From NCBI GenBank assembly GCA_963719495.1, contig CAVRCI010000002.1, forward strand, positions 608,001 to 672,000: a DNA stretch of 64,000 nt, given 5' to 3'. This document shows, piece by piece, positions 49,914 through 59,134 of this stretch (positions are counted from its first letter, which is position 1; every line of letters starts with the position of its first letter). The notes under the pieces were generated by a model, which saw only the letters and a list, made by a program, of their open reading frames with translations, was not told where the DNA came from and made no database searches. Both the position numbers and the translations under genes were made by a program. Source of the DNA: an uncultured Verrucomicrobiae bacterium. GTDB taxonomy: Bacteria > Verrucomicrobiota > Verrucomicrobiia > Chthoniobacterales > JAATET01.

Positions 49914-49971
49914 TTGGTTTAGATACGCGGAGCTTTTGTCGGGGATGGCGGGTCGAGGTAGGAGTGATTAA

Positions 49972-51492
49972 TTACGCCTCGTCCTCGGACTCATCTGGGA
50001 GTTCCGGGATGGTGAGGTCTTCTTCGCCGTTCCATTCTTTTTCCCAGTCTTCGCCGTTGCTCATCGGGATCACTTTGTCGTCCTTGCGGCCCGTCAGCTT
50101 CGACGGGTGTTCAGGCAAGATTCGGCGGGCTTCGCGGATGAGGGCTTTGCGCAACCGAGCCAATTCCTTGGCGCGAACCAGGCGCGCGCTTCCGAGTTGT
50201 TCGGCGAGTTTGGAATTCCCTTCGATCTGGTGAAGTCGCGCGATCAAACGTCCATCGTGGAAGCAATCTGCCTCAGTATCGCCACCTTCCGGGCGCAAAC
50301 GAAGGGTGACGCGCTGACGGACGAGTCCGGCCAACTCGGGCGCGGTCAGGTGTCGACCCGGTCCGATCTCGATTCCATCGCGATTGACGGTTTTCTCAAC
50401 CCGCACCTTGCAGGCTTCGACGACATCGTTGGCGAGAAAACTCAATCCGTGCGCGTCGCAGAGTCCGTCGAGCCACGCCTCGTAAGGACTTTTGCCGAGG
50501 GAGCGATGTTCGCGGAGATGGTAGTCGGCGAGAAACTTCTCGGTGAGGCGAGGGAGGATCGGCCAGGGTAGGGGATTCGCTTTGGCCGCCTGGAGTCCTC
50601 GGTGTTGGTGGGCATATCCGTCGAGATGCCGGAGGAGCTGGTCGCCGAGAGTCCGGAAAAAGCGTTCGATTTTGCCATTACTGGAGGGACAATCGTTCTC
50701 GATCCGCTTCGCTTGGACACCGAGGCGGAGCAGAGCGTCGAGGAAGTCGGCGCTTTTGAAAATGCTGCCATTGTCGGTTTGCACCGTGTTGGGAACGCCG
50801 AGAAACGGGAATCGGTCGTCCTCCGTTGGAAGGATCGCAGTTCTTAACGCGAGAAGTAGGTCGGATGTCGTCGGAGAAGTGCGGACAAGGTGCAGCCGCA
50901 TCACGATGCGCGTGGCGCAGTCGATAATCCCGATGGCCCACGGCTGGAAGAGTTCGCCCGAGACTGGATCGAGGATCCAGACACCGATCTGCGTCGCGTC
51001 GATTTGCCAGCAAGCGTTCGGAGCGGTGTGCTCCTTGCGCTGAACGAGGCCCCATTTTTCGAACAGATGTTTGCTTCCGTGGATCATCATCTCCCGAGCG
51101 TCGGGCGGCAGCTTGGTCACGGCCCGAAGCAGCATCCCGTAGGACGGAAATGACCAACCCTCGCTTTTGGCAATCGGTTCGAGAGCTCGCCAAGCGGCGG
51201 TTAGCGTCGTTCGGCGATGGGTGGCGGTGAACGCCAGAACCCAGGTGAGGCACAGCGAGTCGACCTCGCTTCGACGACCGTTCGACTGGCGGTGATCGAT
51301 CAGCCCATTGAGTCCGCTTTTGGACCTTCGGAGAATCGAGCGCAGCGTCGATTCGGGAATCCCGGCCCGTGCGGCAAATGCTCGGATCGAGAGCTCAGAT
51401 TTCTTGAAACGTTCGATCAGCTGTTTCGCTTCGAAGACCCGGAGTAGTTGTCGTTCGTCAAGAATACCGCCTGGATGATTGGTCGTTTGCAT
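49972..51492 (-). CDS. Mu/TnsB/TniA-like DDE transposase
   Basis: N-terminal HTH; WQIDAT, QTDNGSIF, NGKIERFFRTL triad; YH...HRSLGKSP; KTVNRDGI Mu C-terminal domain; acidic tail. Confidence 0.92.
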   Translation of the reverse strand: MQTTNHPGGILDERQLLRVFEAKQLIERFKKSELSIRAFAARAGIPESTLRSILRRSKSGLNGLIDHRQSNGRRSEVDSLCLTWVLAFTATHRRTTLTAAWRALEPIAKSEGWSFPSYGMLLRAVTKLPPDAREMMIHGSKHLFEKWGLVQRKEHTAPNACWQIDATQIGVWILDPVSGELFQPWAIGIIDCATRIVMRLHLVRTSPTTSDLLLALRTAILPTEDDRFPFLGVPNTVQTDNGSIFKSADFLDALLRLGVQAKRIENDCPSSNGKIERFFRTLGDQLLRHLDGYAHQHRGLQAAKANPLPWPILPRLTEKFLADYHLREHRSLGKSPYEAWLDGLCDAHGLSFLANDVVEACKVRVEKTVNRDGIEIGPGRHLTAPELAGLVRQRVTLRLRPEGGDTEADCFHDGRLIARLHQIEGNSKLAEQLGSARLVRAKELARLRKALIREARRILPEHPSKLTGRKDDKVIPMSNGEDWEKEWNGEEDLTIPELPDESEDEA

Positions 51493-51642
51493 GGGGGCGA
51501 GATACGGAGTGCCTCGGCCAGAGATCTGGACCCGCTCGAGCGATGAAAATTGCCGACTGCTACCGGCGAATTTTTTAAAACGCGCCGAGTAGCCGAACGC
51601 GGGGGGATGCGCGTGGGCTCGTTTGCGAATGACTCTGGCAAC

Positions 51643-54600
51643 TCACCTGGGCCGATAGCGCGAACGAGCAACGGCCGATCTGATCTTGGCAACTTGGCGA
51701 GGGTCGGGCGGCGACTCGAACCGAATCACGACGCGAAGGCGCTTCTGGGAGGCCGCTCGGTGGATCTGGACGATCGCTTCAACAATATCTTTTTCCGGGA
51801 GCGGCGACGGGATGAGGACGTGGTGAGCAACCGGATCTAGAAAGATCGGGTCGGAAGCCAAATCTTCGCTTGAGGTGCTGAGGTGAACATCGTCAGGTCG
51901 GCCAAGGCGATCAATGGGTGCGTTTTCAATTCGTGTGACCTCGCTTTGTAGCGAAGCGGTGGCAGCCAATTCGCCGCTATAGAGCTTGTGGAGACGGCGA
52001 AGCCGATCAAGCCCGGGTTTTTCTCCATTTCTCAAGCACGACTGTTCCAGAGATCGAATCTCGGGATCACCTTCGATTGTCGTGGGTGTGGAGGAGTATC
52101 GATACAGAAACGCGCCGACGTATCGACACATCAACGTGTGGCCCCAAGCGTGGCCGAATGATCGAATCATCGTGGCAAGTCCGTGGATCGGGTTCGGATG
52201 ACTTTCAGCGATTTGGTTCAACTGCCCGATTGCGCGCCAACGGCGAAGACTGTGCGGTTTTGCGAGAGGAAGTAATCGCCGGAGCTGGCGGCGAATCTGC
52301 TGGGTTTGAGACGTGGCTTTCGATGCAAATTGCGAACCCCGCCGGGCCATTGCAAAGAATGGAGCGCCGATCAGCTCAGGAAACTCGGATGTGCTGACGA
52401 AAATGATTCGTTTCGCGGCCTTTGTTTTCCCGCGGCGAACATACATCGTCATAAACGCAGGGTTGCGATTGTCGATGAGCGCGATCAGCGTTTCCGAGAC
52501 CCGCAGTCCGCCGACGATTATCGCCAGCAAGCGCGAACCAACAAAATCGGCCAGTCGGCGGCGTTCCTCCAACGAAACGCCAGCAGGTCGAACATCGATG
52601 TTGCCACGGAAAATCTCGGAGATTGCGTGAAAAACCGTCTCGTCCGTTGGACAATATTCGGGTGCCGACGGCTCCAGCAAACCAGCTGGGCGGCATCGGC
52701 TCATCAATCTTTCCGCCAGCGCTTGGGCCGGACCGGACCTGTGCATGATGGAGAGGGTGAGGTCGTAAAACCGAGAGTATCCTGGCGTGATGCGCTTTTC
52801 GACAACCCAATTGAAGATTTGATCTTCCACCTGTGCAGTCGTCCGATTGGCAGCATCGAAGACGAATGGATATCTCTTTAGTTGGAATGCCCGATCGCTA
52901 ATTGGTTTTATGGAGCGGCGCTTCTGGAACGGGAATTGGTCGTAGTCGGATCCATCCAAATACTGAAGCTGCGAGACACCGATCGCGGCGCGCAGGTCCA
53001 TTTGGTTGAGACCGTCCGGGATCAACTCGGCGAGCGCGGCGGCGACCGGACCTGGCTGCCGCCACCGGCACAATGCGACGGATAGGCGTTGGGTGAGTGT
53101 CAGTGCAAATTCGGGAAAAATCCGTATGCGACGCTGTTCGGTGCGGAGGCGGGTGGCGACTATGCGGCAGATCCCGCGGTGGATGGAGTCCGTTGTTCCC
53201 GTGAGGAGTGAAAAATTGAGAAGGGCCGATCGACCCGCCATTTGTGGATGCGTTCTTTGAACTCGATCCCGTCGATCGAAGATGAGCCGAAGCGACTGAG
53301 ATTTTCTGGGGAACTTGATTGGATAGAACTCCAAGCCGCCAAGATCATTTCCGAACAGCGGCACGAGGAAGAACCAGTCTTCCGAGATCGGGTCCTGAAT
53401 GACGTTTCTCAGGGTCAGGTAGTGGGACGCTTCAACAAGCTGCCGGATCGGCGTGCCCAGCTCGAGGGCAAGCGCAACCAGAAGCCCCGCTCCTGTTTTC
53501 GGTAGAGGCGGCCCGAAGTGGACAGCATGGATCAAGTCCGAACCGATGGAGGATTCTAGTGCGGTGAGAGGCTGAAAGGTGCGACTGCGTGCGTCGAACG
53601 TCAGTTCGCGGTGAGGTGGGGCGCCATTTGTGTGAGACTTGGCCGACTCTGAAAAATTTGGTTTCCGGGCAATCCCGTCGAGCGATCGCCGGAGAGCATC
53701 AACTGCGTCTCCCAATCCGGAATCCTTTTCGAACTGCTCGAAAACCGCCGTGCAGCGATCAAACAGATCTAAATTCGAGAGGGGGAGGAAAGTCGATTCC
53801 CAGCTGGCAGCCGTGTCGTGTCCGCTGAGGGCACCGGTCGCGAAGGGGTCACGATTCTGGCGGGTGATCGCGTTGTAGAAGGCCGTTCGTCCCTCTTGGT
53901 GGGTCGACGTTTTCGTTTTTTGGTCGCGTTTGAGCGACGTTTCCGCCGGAAGAAACGGCTCATCCCCAAAGAAATCTCGCCCGATGCGAACGAGTTCGCG
54001 GGTGGCGTTCGTTAATGGAAGGTAGCGCACTCCGATCGCTCGGTCATTCGCCCACTTGTCCACAATTTGAAGACAGGAGGCGGGGAACGATCTGGCGCAG
54101 TGAGCCGGATTTTCGATCTGGTTTCGGTTTCGAAATCCAATGCCGCCGAGGATGGCGACGAGCGCGGCTCTACATTCGGCCACCGTTCCTGCGGCCCGGG
54201 TCTGATCGATGATTGCATCGAAGAGCTCACGGGATGAGCGACATACCGTGCCATGCGTGTGTTCCGAGAATTGTTTGCTGGAGATCTCGTCTGTTGCCGG
54301 AATTCCGGCCCACTGCTCCAGTTTCCGCACAGTCTTCAGCCAGAGCGTGCGAAGTTCGGAAGATGTCCGGGAAATGTAGGCGCATTCCGTTCCCGATCCG
54401 TAGACCGGATAACCGCGGATCAAACTCAATTCAGCGGCACTGACGCCACACTCGAGAAGTGCCGCAGCGTCGAACGATCGGTGGATGGCGACCGACCGGG
54501 ATGGGATTGGCCCGCACTGAACCGCAATTTCCTTTCGCAGGTAGTCCCGATGGTCCGAGTGCACTCCGGCTGGCAGCTGCTGCGCAATGGATTTTCCCTT

Positions 54601-55509
54601 CTGGACCAAGCCAGCCTTCGCGAGGTCGTTGACGAGGCAGGGGAGCAGCGGTAGCTCGAGAAGGGAAAGCTGAAAGCCCGTGTTGCCGTAGTAGGTGCCC
54701 CCGATTTCTTTGACAAATACCCTGCGTTCCAAGTCGATCCACCCCGGGGCACTTTGGGAAGGCGGCCCTCCGATCTCGCAGTCGAGGAGGTCTCGGTAAT
54801 CGATCGCGTAGTAGATCGACAATTTGGCGAGCGCTGCAAATGCCGGCATCAAGCGGTGGGGGTTTTTCCGGGACAATTTGACGTGAAGGTGACCACTCAG
54901 CGACGCGCAGCAGACCGGTCGAAACTGATCGACGACCGACCAGCGAATGATTCGCCCGTGGGCTGAGCGGGCTGGCTTCGCGTCCTCGAATTTCTCCCAC
55001 GGATCCAGATCTTCCCGCCGCTCCCCGCGGGTTCGCTCGGTAAGAGGGCTGCCTTCCGCGAAAAGCGCAATCATCCGAGACACGGCCGTTACAGTCTTCT
55101 CAGATAATCGGACGTCGCGGCGGTCGAGTAGTCCCGTTGGGCTTGGCAGCTGGAGAGTAAATTCGGCAGCTTGGAGGTGCGTTTCCACCGTTCCGCCCAT
55201 CCGGGTGATTCGCTCTTGGAGCACCAGATGCCTCCGAGCAACCCGAGCGATCATCCCGACTTCGGTCTTCGAGCTTGCCGCATTGAAGTAATCGGGGAGT
55301 TGGTTCACGCAGGTTTGAGCGGCCTGTCTTATCCGGTCGTCCGCCGCGATAGCTCGCAACCAGCCTGGCGTTCCAAGTAGCGAGATGAATCTTTGGAATT
55401 CAAGAGCGCAACACTCGTTGCCAAATCCCGCCTCGGGATGGGCGACTTGCACCCCACGAACTCGAAGCGCGGCGACAGTCGAGGCCAGGGTGTGGCTATT
55501 CATGGCCAT
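51643..55509 (-). CDS. Very large tyrosine-recombinase-superfamily protein (~1290 aa)
   Basis: C-terminal GLRVSE, RGKTKAAKR, HSLRR, FGH...RY catalytic set; upstream degenerate YR-like blocks; start probably ATG 55509 or 55503. Confidence 0.75.
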   Translation of the reverse strand: MAMNSHTLASTVAALRVRGVQVAHPEAGFGNECCALEFQRFISLLGTPGWLRAIAADDRIRQAAQTCVNQLPDYFNAASSKTEVGMIARVARRHLVLQERITRMGGTVETHLQAAEFTLQLPSPTGLLDRRDVRLSEKTVTAVSRMIALFAEGSPLTERTRGERREDLDPWEKFEDAKPARSAHGRIIRWSVVDQFRPVCCASLSGHLHVKLSRKNPHRLMPAFAALAKLSIYYAIDYRDLLDCEIGGPPSQSAPGWIDLERRVFVKEIGGTYYGNTGFQLSLLELPLLPCLVNDLAKAGLVQKGKSIAQQLPAGVHSDHRDYLRKEIAVQCGPIPSRSVAIHRSFDAAALLECGVSAAELSLIRGYPVYGSGTECAYISRTSSELRTLWLKTVRKLEQWAGIPATDEISSKQFSEHTHGTVCRSSRELFDAIIDQTRAAGTVAECRAALVAILGGIGFRNRNQIENPAHCARSFPASCLQIVDKWANDRAIGVRYLPLTNATRELVRIGRDFFGDEPFLPAETSLKRDQKTKTSTHQEGRTAFYNAITRQNRDPFATGALSGHDTAASWESTFLPLSNLDLFDRCTAVFEQFEKDSGLGDAVDALRRSLDGIARKPNFSESAKSHTNGAPPHRELTFDARSRTFQPLTALESSIGSDLIHAVHFGPPLPKTGAGLLVALALELGTPIRQLVEASHYLTLRNVIQDPISEDWFFLVPLFGNDLGGLEFYPIKFPRKSQSLRLIFDRRDRVQRTHPQMAGRSALLNFSLLTGTTDSIHRGICRIVATRLRTEQRRIRIFPEFALTLTQRLSVALCRWRQPGPVAAALAELIPDGLNQMDLRAAIGVSQLQYLDGSDYDQFPFQKRRSIKPISDRAFQLKRYPFVFDAANRTTAQVEDQIFNWVVEKRITPGYSRFYDLTLSIMHRSGPAQALAERLMSRCRPAGLLEPSAPEYCPTDETVFHAISEIFRGNIDVRPAGVSLEERRRLADFVGSRLLAIIVGGLRVSETLIALIDNRNPAFMTMYVRRGKTKAAKRIIFVSTSEFPELIGAPFFAMARRGSQFASKATSQTQQIRRQLRRLLPLAKPHSLRRWRAIGQLNQIAESHPNPIHGLATMIRSFGHAWGHTLMCRYVGAFLYRYSSTPTTIEGDPEIRSLEQSCLRNGEKPGLDRLRRLHKLYSGELAATASLQSEVTRIENAPIDRLGRPDDVHLSTSSEDLASDPIFLDPVAHHVLIPSPLPEKDIVEAIVQIHRAASQKRLRVVIRFESPPDPRQVAKIRSAVARSRYRPR

Positions 55510-56338
55510 CGGAATCCAACGGAGTCGGTTCGATGACTGCGGCGACGATGGGATCCGATCGCAATCGATCAAAGCCGAAGTCTACAAGATGCTGCAGCCA
55601 CCTAAGAACCCGCGCGAACTCAGTGTCGGCGACGGAGAAGCCGTGGATCAGAGTTTTCTCGAGCAGCCCCGGCTGAACTTCGGTGACCTCGAGGAAGCGG
55701 GAGATGACGGGGTTCAGCAGTTCCGGTGGTGTGGTTACACAATGCTCAGGCAGGATCGCTCGCCGTCGTCGTTGCCGCTGTCGGCTGAGAGAAGCCTTTG
55801 GAGCATCCAAGCGTTTCAGGGCGAGGATTACCTCGAAACATCGTTGCAGGTGCTCCAAGGCGGTCGATCGCGGAATCGGCAGAGCCAGCCAGTTTGTGGG
55901 AACTTCCGAGAGCAATGGTTCGCCCCCCGTGCAGGCCGACAGGCCGAGCTGCTCGGCGGATGGCTTTGCATAGTCGCAAGCATTTCTGCTTTTGGTGGGA
56001 TCTGATACGACGGTCGATCTATTCTTACGCTCCGACCGGCGACCGCCCGCTGTCTGCGAACTGGCTTCGACTTCCGAGCCTGCTGCGAGATTGCGCCGCA
56101 ACTTCGGGTCGGTCTTCCGTTCTCTCTTAAACGACCCTAGGACCGAGAAATTGCAACTGGGCGAGGGAAAATCTGCGGCGATCCCCGGAAGCTCCAAAGC
56201 GTCGGACTCCATCAGGGAACGAGCCTGCTGCGCGGCAAGCTTTGCCGCTTTCTCTGCCTGAAGTTTGCGATCGAGCAACGGTGTAATCGCGCTTCTGGTA
56301 AACCCATTTTTGGCGTGGCCTCCGGTAAGTCGTATCAT
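55496..56338 (-). CDS. Hypothetical protein
   Basis: 280-aa ORF whose stop overlaps the likely start of the recombinase gene (ATGAATAG); no recognisable motifs. Confidence 0.45.
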   Translation of the reverse strand: MIRLTGGHAKNGFTRSAITPLLDRKLQAEKAAKLAAQQARSLMESDALELPGIAADFPSPSCNFSVLGSFKRERKTDPKLRRNLAAGSEVEASSQTAGGRRSERKNRSTVVSDPTKSRNACDYAKPSAEQLGLSACTGGEPLLSEVPTNWLALPIPRSTALEHLQRCFEVILALKRLDAPKASLSRQRQRRRRAILPEHCVTTPPELLNPVISRFLEVTEVQPGLLEKTLIHGFSVADTEFARVLRWLQHLVDFGFDRLRSDPIVAAVIEPTPLDSDGHE

Positions 56339-56353
56339 TCACACGAGAGTATG

Positions 56354-56520
56354 ACCGTTTACTTCTGCCGCTACGGACGGCAGGCGCTTTTTCGGAGTAA
56401 TTGACCACCTCTGCCCAAAAGTGACGTCAGAGTAAGAAGGCTGGCTCGGGCCACGTTGGAGTGGAACCGATCGCACACCGTCGACGAAACCGTGACCGTA
56501 AACATTCCGTTACCGTCAAC
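56354..56520. repeat. Cluster of ACCGTnnAC direct repeats
   Basis: Copies at 56354, 56477, 56495 and 56512; the last three are spaced 18 and 17 bp apart. Confidence 0.5.
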
Positions 56521-56898
56521 CCGGCGCGGCCCGTGGCCGCCCATGCGCGAAGATTAACAGAGTAAAGTCCGCTGGGATCACCGCCATTCGTGCGCGGGTT
56601 TCAATGTGTAGCTACACCAAGACGCTTCTTGGTCGCCAATGCCATTTTTAGATTCAACGATTCTCTTTTGCTATTCGCCCGCTTCCCTCGCTCGCTGAGT
56701 CAACGTTTGGGGCAACCGGCCGTTAACGGTCTCGGCCTTGCCGACGACCCGGTGGGCCCGGCTCCAATTTTTTATTCTGGAGCGGATGAAGCCTTCGAGT
56801 CTGCAAACTTTGGGAACCAATAGGGTCGGCACCGAGGATGTTAATATTGTGGTGGCGGCTGAACTACGCTGTCGGGGGAGCGGGGTAACTCTCGCGAG

Positions 56899-59022
56899 TC
56901 AGTCGTGGCGATCGAGCCAGAGAATCATTGTCACGCCACGGGGGTAGTATTTGCTGCCGAGTGGATGTCCGTCGTGGCTGCGGACTTGATCCACGAAGGC
57001 CCAATCCGCGCAGCCCGTCTGCTGCCACTTCGCGTGCGCCCGGTCCCAGCCGGGCGCGTCGGGTGACGTGATGCCGAGGATGGTGTCGTGGACGAACTGC
57101 GAAAGCGCGATTTTGCTCATCCAGGTATTTTGGCTCGTGGAGGAAATCTTCCAGCCGCCGGTGACCGCGTCGATGCAGGTGCCGGTGACGAGGACCGTGC
57201 GAATGTGGGTGGCCAACTTTTGCACCAAGGGGCCGAATCGCCCGTCCGGCGAGACGGCGTCGGCGTCGTCGAGGAACCACGGGAAGACGAGCCCCTCGAT
57301 GGCGGGGATAATTGCCGACTCCTCGTTCTCTCCGATCACCGCAGGGAGTCGGTCGCGCTGTTCGTCGAAAGCGCCCACGATGGTCGCCGCGGCCAGGGCG
57401 GCCTGGTGTTCCGTGGCTTCGGCGAGAGCGGTGCGGTCCAGACTCCGGAAGGCGTGGGAGAGCGCGACGCAGGCGGCCCACGTTTTCACGGCCAGATAGA
57501 CGTTTTGCCGGGCCTGGCCGAGGCTGGAGTCGAGGCTGTCGTAGGTGGTGATCTCTTGACCCAGCGTGCCGCACCGCGACGAGTCGAGGAGCATGATCCC
57601 GGTGCGTTTGCCCGGATCGGGATGGTCGCGGCTGAGTAGGCTATCGAAGGTTCGCGCGAGAATGGGAGCTTGCTCGCCGAGCCAATTGGGATCGGGGGAG
57701 CGAAGTCCGTAAAGGGTGGCGCAGAGGATGAAGTTCACGAGCTGCTCGTGGGTCATGTGACTGAAACATCCGGGCTTGTCGGCCAGCTCGTAGCTGGACC
57801 AGCCGGGGGGCGTGAATTGATTGGCGATACCCATGTCGTGAGTGAACGAGATGCCGCCGGGCGACGGCTCACGGTCCGCCAGGACGTTCTGCGTGGTGTC
57901 CTCGTAGGAATAGGTTTCGACGAATTGATCGAGCACGTTTCGAACAGCCCAGGGGAAGTAGCGGAGTTCGAAAAACAGGTGGTCGACCGTGAGGTCGAAG
58001 GTATTCATCATCCGATACTCGCCTTCGTTGACGACGTAGAGCGGCTGGCCGGTGACGGTGTGCCGAAGCAGCTGGGTGCTGCCGAAGTAGCTGTGAGTGG
58101 CGTGGGCGAGGAGAAATTGGCGGTCCGCGTTGAGGTCGCTGGCGGCGAGTTCCGCCTCGCGTTCGGTGCAGACTCGGCGGAGGTCCGGTGCGCGGGTGAG
58201 GGCGGTGCGCAGGACGTCTTCGAGGTCGGCGTAGTGCTGGGTGTAGAGGTAATCAGTCGGAATTCCACTGGTGACTGTGCCGTCAAGGTAGAAGCCGAGC
58301 GCGACCGTGAAGGTACGAGTGGTCCGGGGCGGCACCCGGAACAAGAGTCCGCCCTGGCCGACGAGGCGGTGGATTTCCCCTTCGCCCGTGGCGACGGTCC
58401 TGGCGGTGTTCCAGGTGAGAATTTCCTCGGCGTCGGGCGTGGTGGCCTCGACGGCCAGACCGTAGCGGGGGCCGGAGGCAACGCCGAGTAGCTCGCCTCC
58501 GGTGGTGTCGGAGAGGAGGCGGAGGGGGCTTTCACCCTTGGTACCGATGCCGAAGTAGGTCCAGGCCGGGTGATCGGAATCGCGGTTGTCGAGCGTGATT
58601 TCCGAGAGAATGGCGGGGAGAATCGCGAGACGGAACTCTCCCGCCGGGGCGGTGGCGGGGTCGGCGACCGGCCCGAAAGGAGTGAGGAGGCGGAACGTCA
58701 GGTCGCTCGCCGACCACGCGTCGGTCGTCCAGCCAAGTGAGCGATCGATCTCGTCTTTCGAGAATACGCGCCAATGCTCGAAGGAGCCGTGGTCGCTGGC
58801 GGCGTCCTCGAGGGCGAAGTCGGCTTTCGACGCCGTGTAGCCGGAAAAGAACGGCAGCGCGCGCGGAGTTTCACCCTCCCGCGAGTAGGCGACGTAAACT
58901 TCCTGATCGGCGGGGCGACCGAGTTCGAGGCCGAATCCGCCACCGACGCCGTGGCGTCCGAGGGTGAAGCTGGAGTGGGCACCGAAGGGGCTGTGGTGGG
59001 CGTGAAAGTCGTTGGAGATCAT
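56899..59022 (-). CDS. GH52 beta-xylosidase
   Basis: HHSPFGAHSSFTLG, VNEGEYRMMNTFDLTVD, SFTHDMG, EITTYDSLDSSLGQAR, SKYYPRG; start reassigned to ATG 59022. Confidence 0.93.
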   Translation of the reverse strand: MISNDFHAHHSPFGAHSSFTLGRHGVGGGFGLELGRPADQEVYVAYSREGETPRALPFFSGYTASKADFALEDAASDHGSFEHWRVFSKDEIDRSLGWTTDAWSASDLTFRLLTPFGPVADPATAPAGEFRLAILPAILSEITLDNRDSDHPAWTYFGIGTKGESPLRLLSDTTGGELLGVASGPRYGLAVEATTPDAEEILTWNTARTVATGEGEIHRLVGQGGLLFRVPPRTTRTFTVALGFYLDGTVTSGIPTDYLYTQHYADLEDVLRTALTRAPDLRRVCTEREAELAASDLNADRQFLLAHATHSYFGSTQLLRHTVTGQPLYVVNEGEYRMMNTFDLTVDHLFFELRYFPWAVRNVLDQFVETYSYEDTTQNVLADREPSPGGISFTHDMGIANQFTPPGWSSYELADKPGCFSHMTHEQLVNFILCATLYGLRSPDPNWLGEQAPILARTFDSLLSRDHPDPGKRTGIMLLDSSRCGTLGQEITTYDSLDSSLGQARQNVYLAVKTWAACVALSHAFRSLDRTALAEATEHQAALAAATIVGAFDEQRDRLPAVIGENEESAIIPAIEGLVFPWFLDDADAVSPDGRFGPLVQKLATHIRTVLVTGTCIDAVTGGWKISSTSQNTWMSKIALSQFVHDTILGITSPDAPGWDRAHAKWQQTGCADWAFVDQVRSHDGHPLGSKYYPRGVTMILWLDRHD

Positions 59023-59134
59023 GGGCGAGGATGGCTTTTTGGTTGGATGGATTGGCTGAGAGCGGGGTGGGGTTCGTTGGCGATCAAGAGAAAATGGAAT
59101 TGGAGAGTTGGGAGCGTCGAGACGGGAGCGAATT

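Larger units (their letters stand above)
46963..56520 (-). mobile_element. Putative hybrid tyrosine-recombinase / Mu-TnsBC-type mobile element (ends not determined)
   Basis: Six co-oriented genes, partly translationally coupled, unrelated to the flanking sugar genes and with visibly less GC3-biased codons. Confidence 0.7.

Noticed and set aside
49972..51492. Mu-like prophage
   Set aside because: No phage structural, repressor or lysis genes near the MuA/MuB-like pair.
56830..56860. dif-like site (GAGGATGTTAATATTGTGG)
   Set aside because: Only a weak partial resemblance to a XerD arm, with no proper 11-6-11 structure.
46770..56900. CRISPR-associated transposon or canonical Tn7 interpretation
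   Set aside because: No repeat-spacer array, Cas gene, TnsA nuclease or TniQ zinc finger could be recognised.
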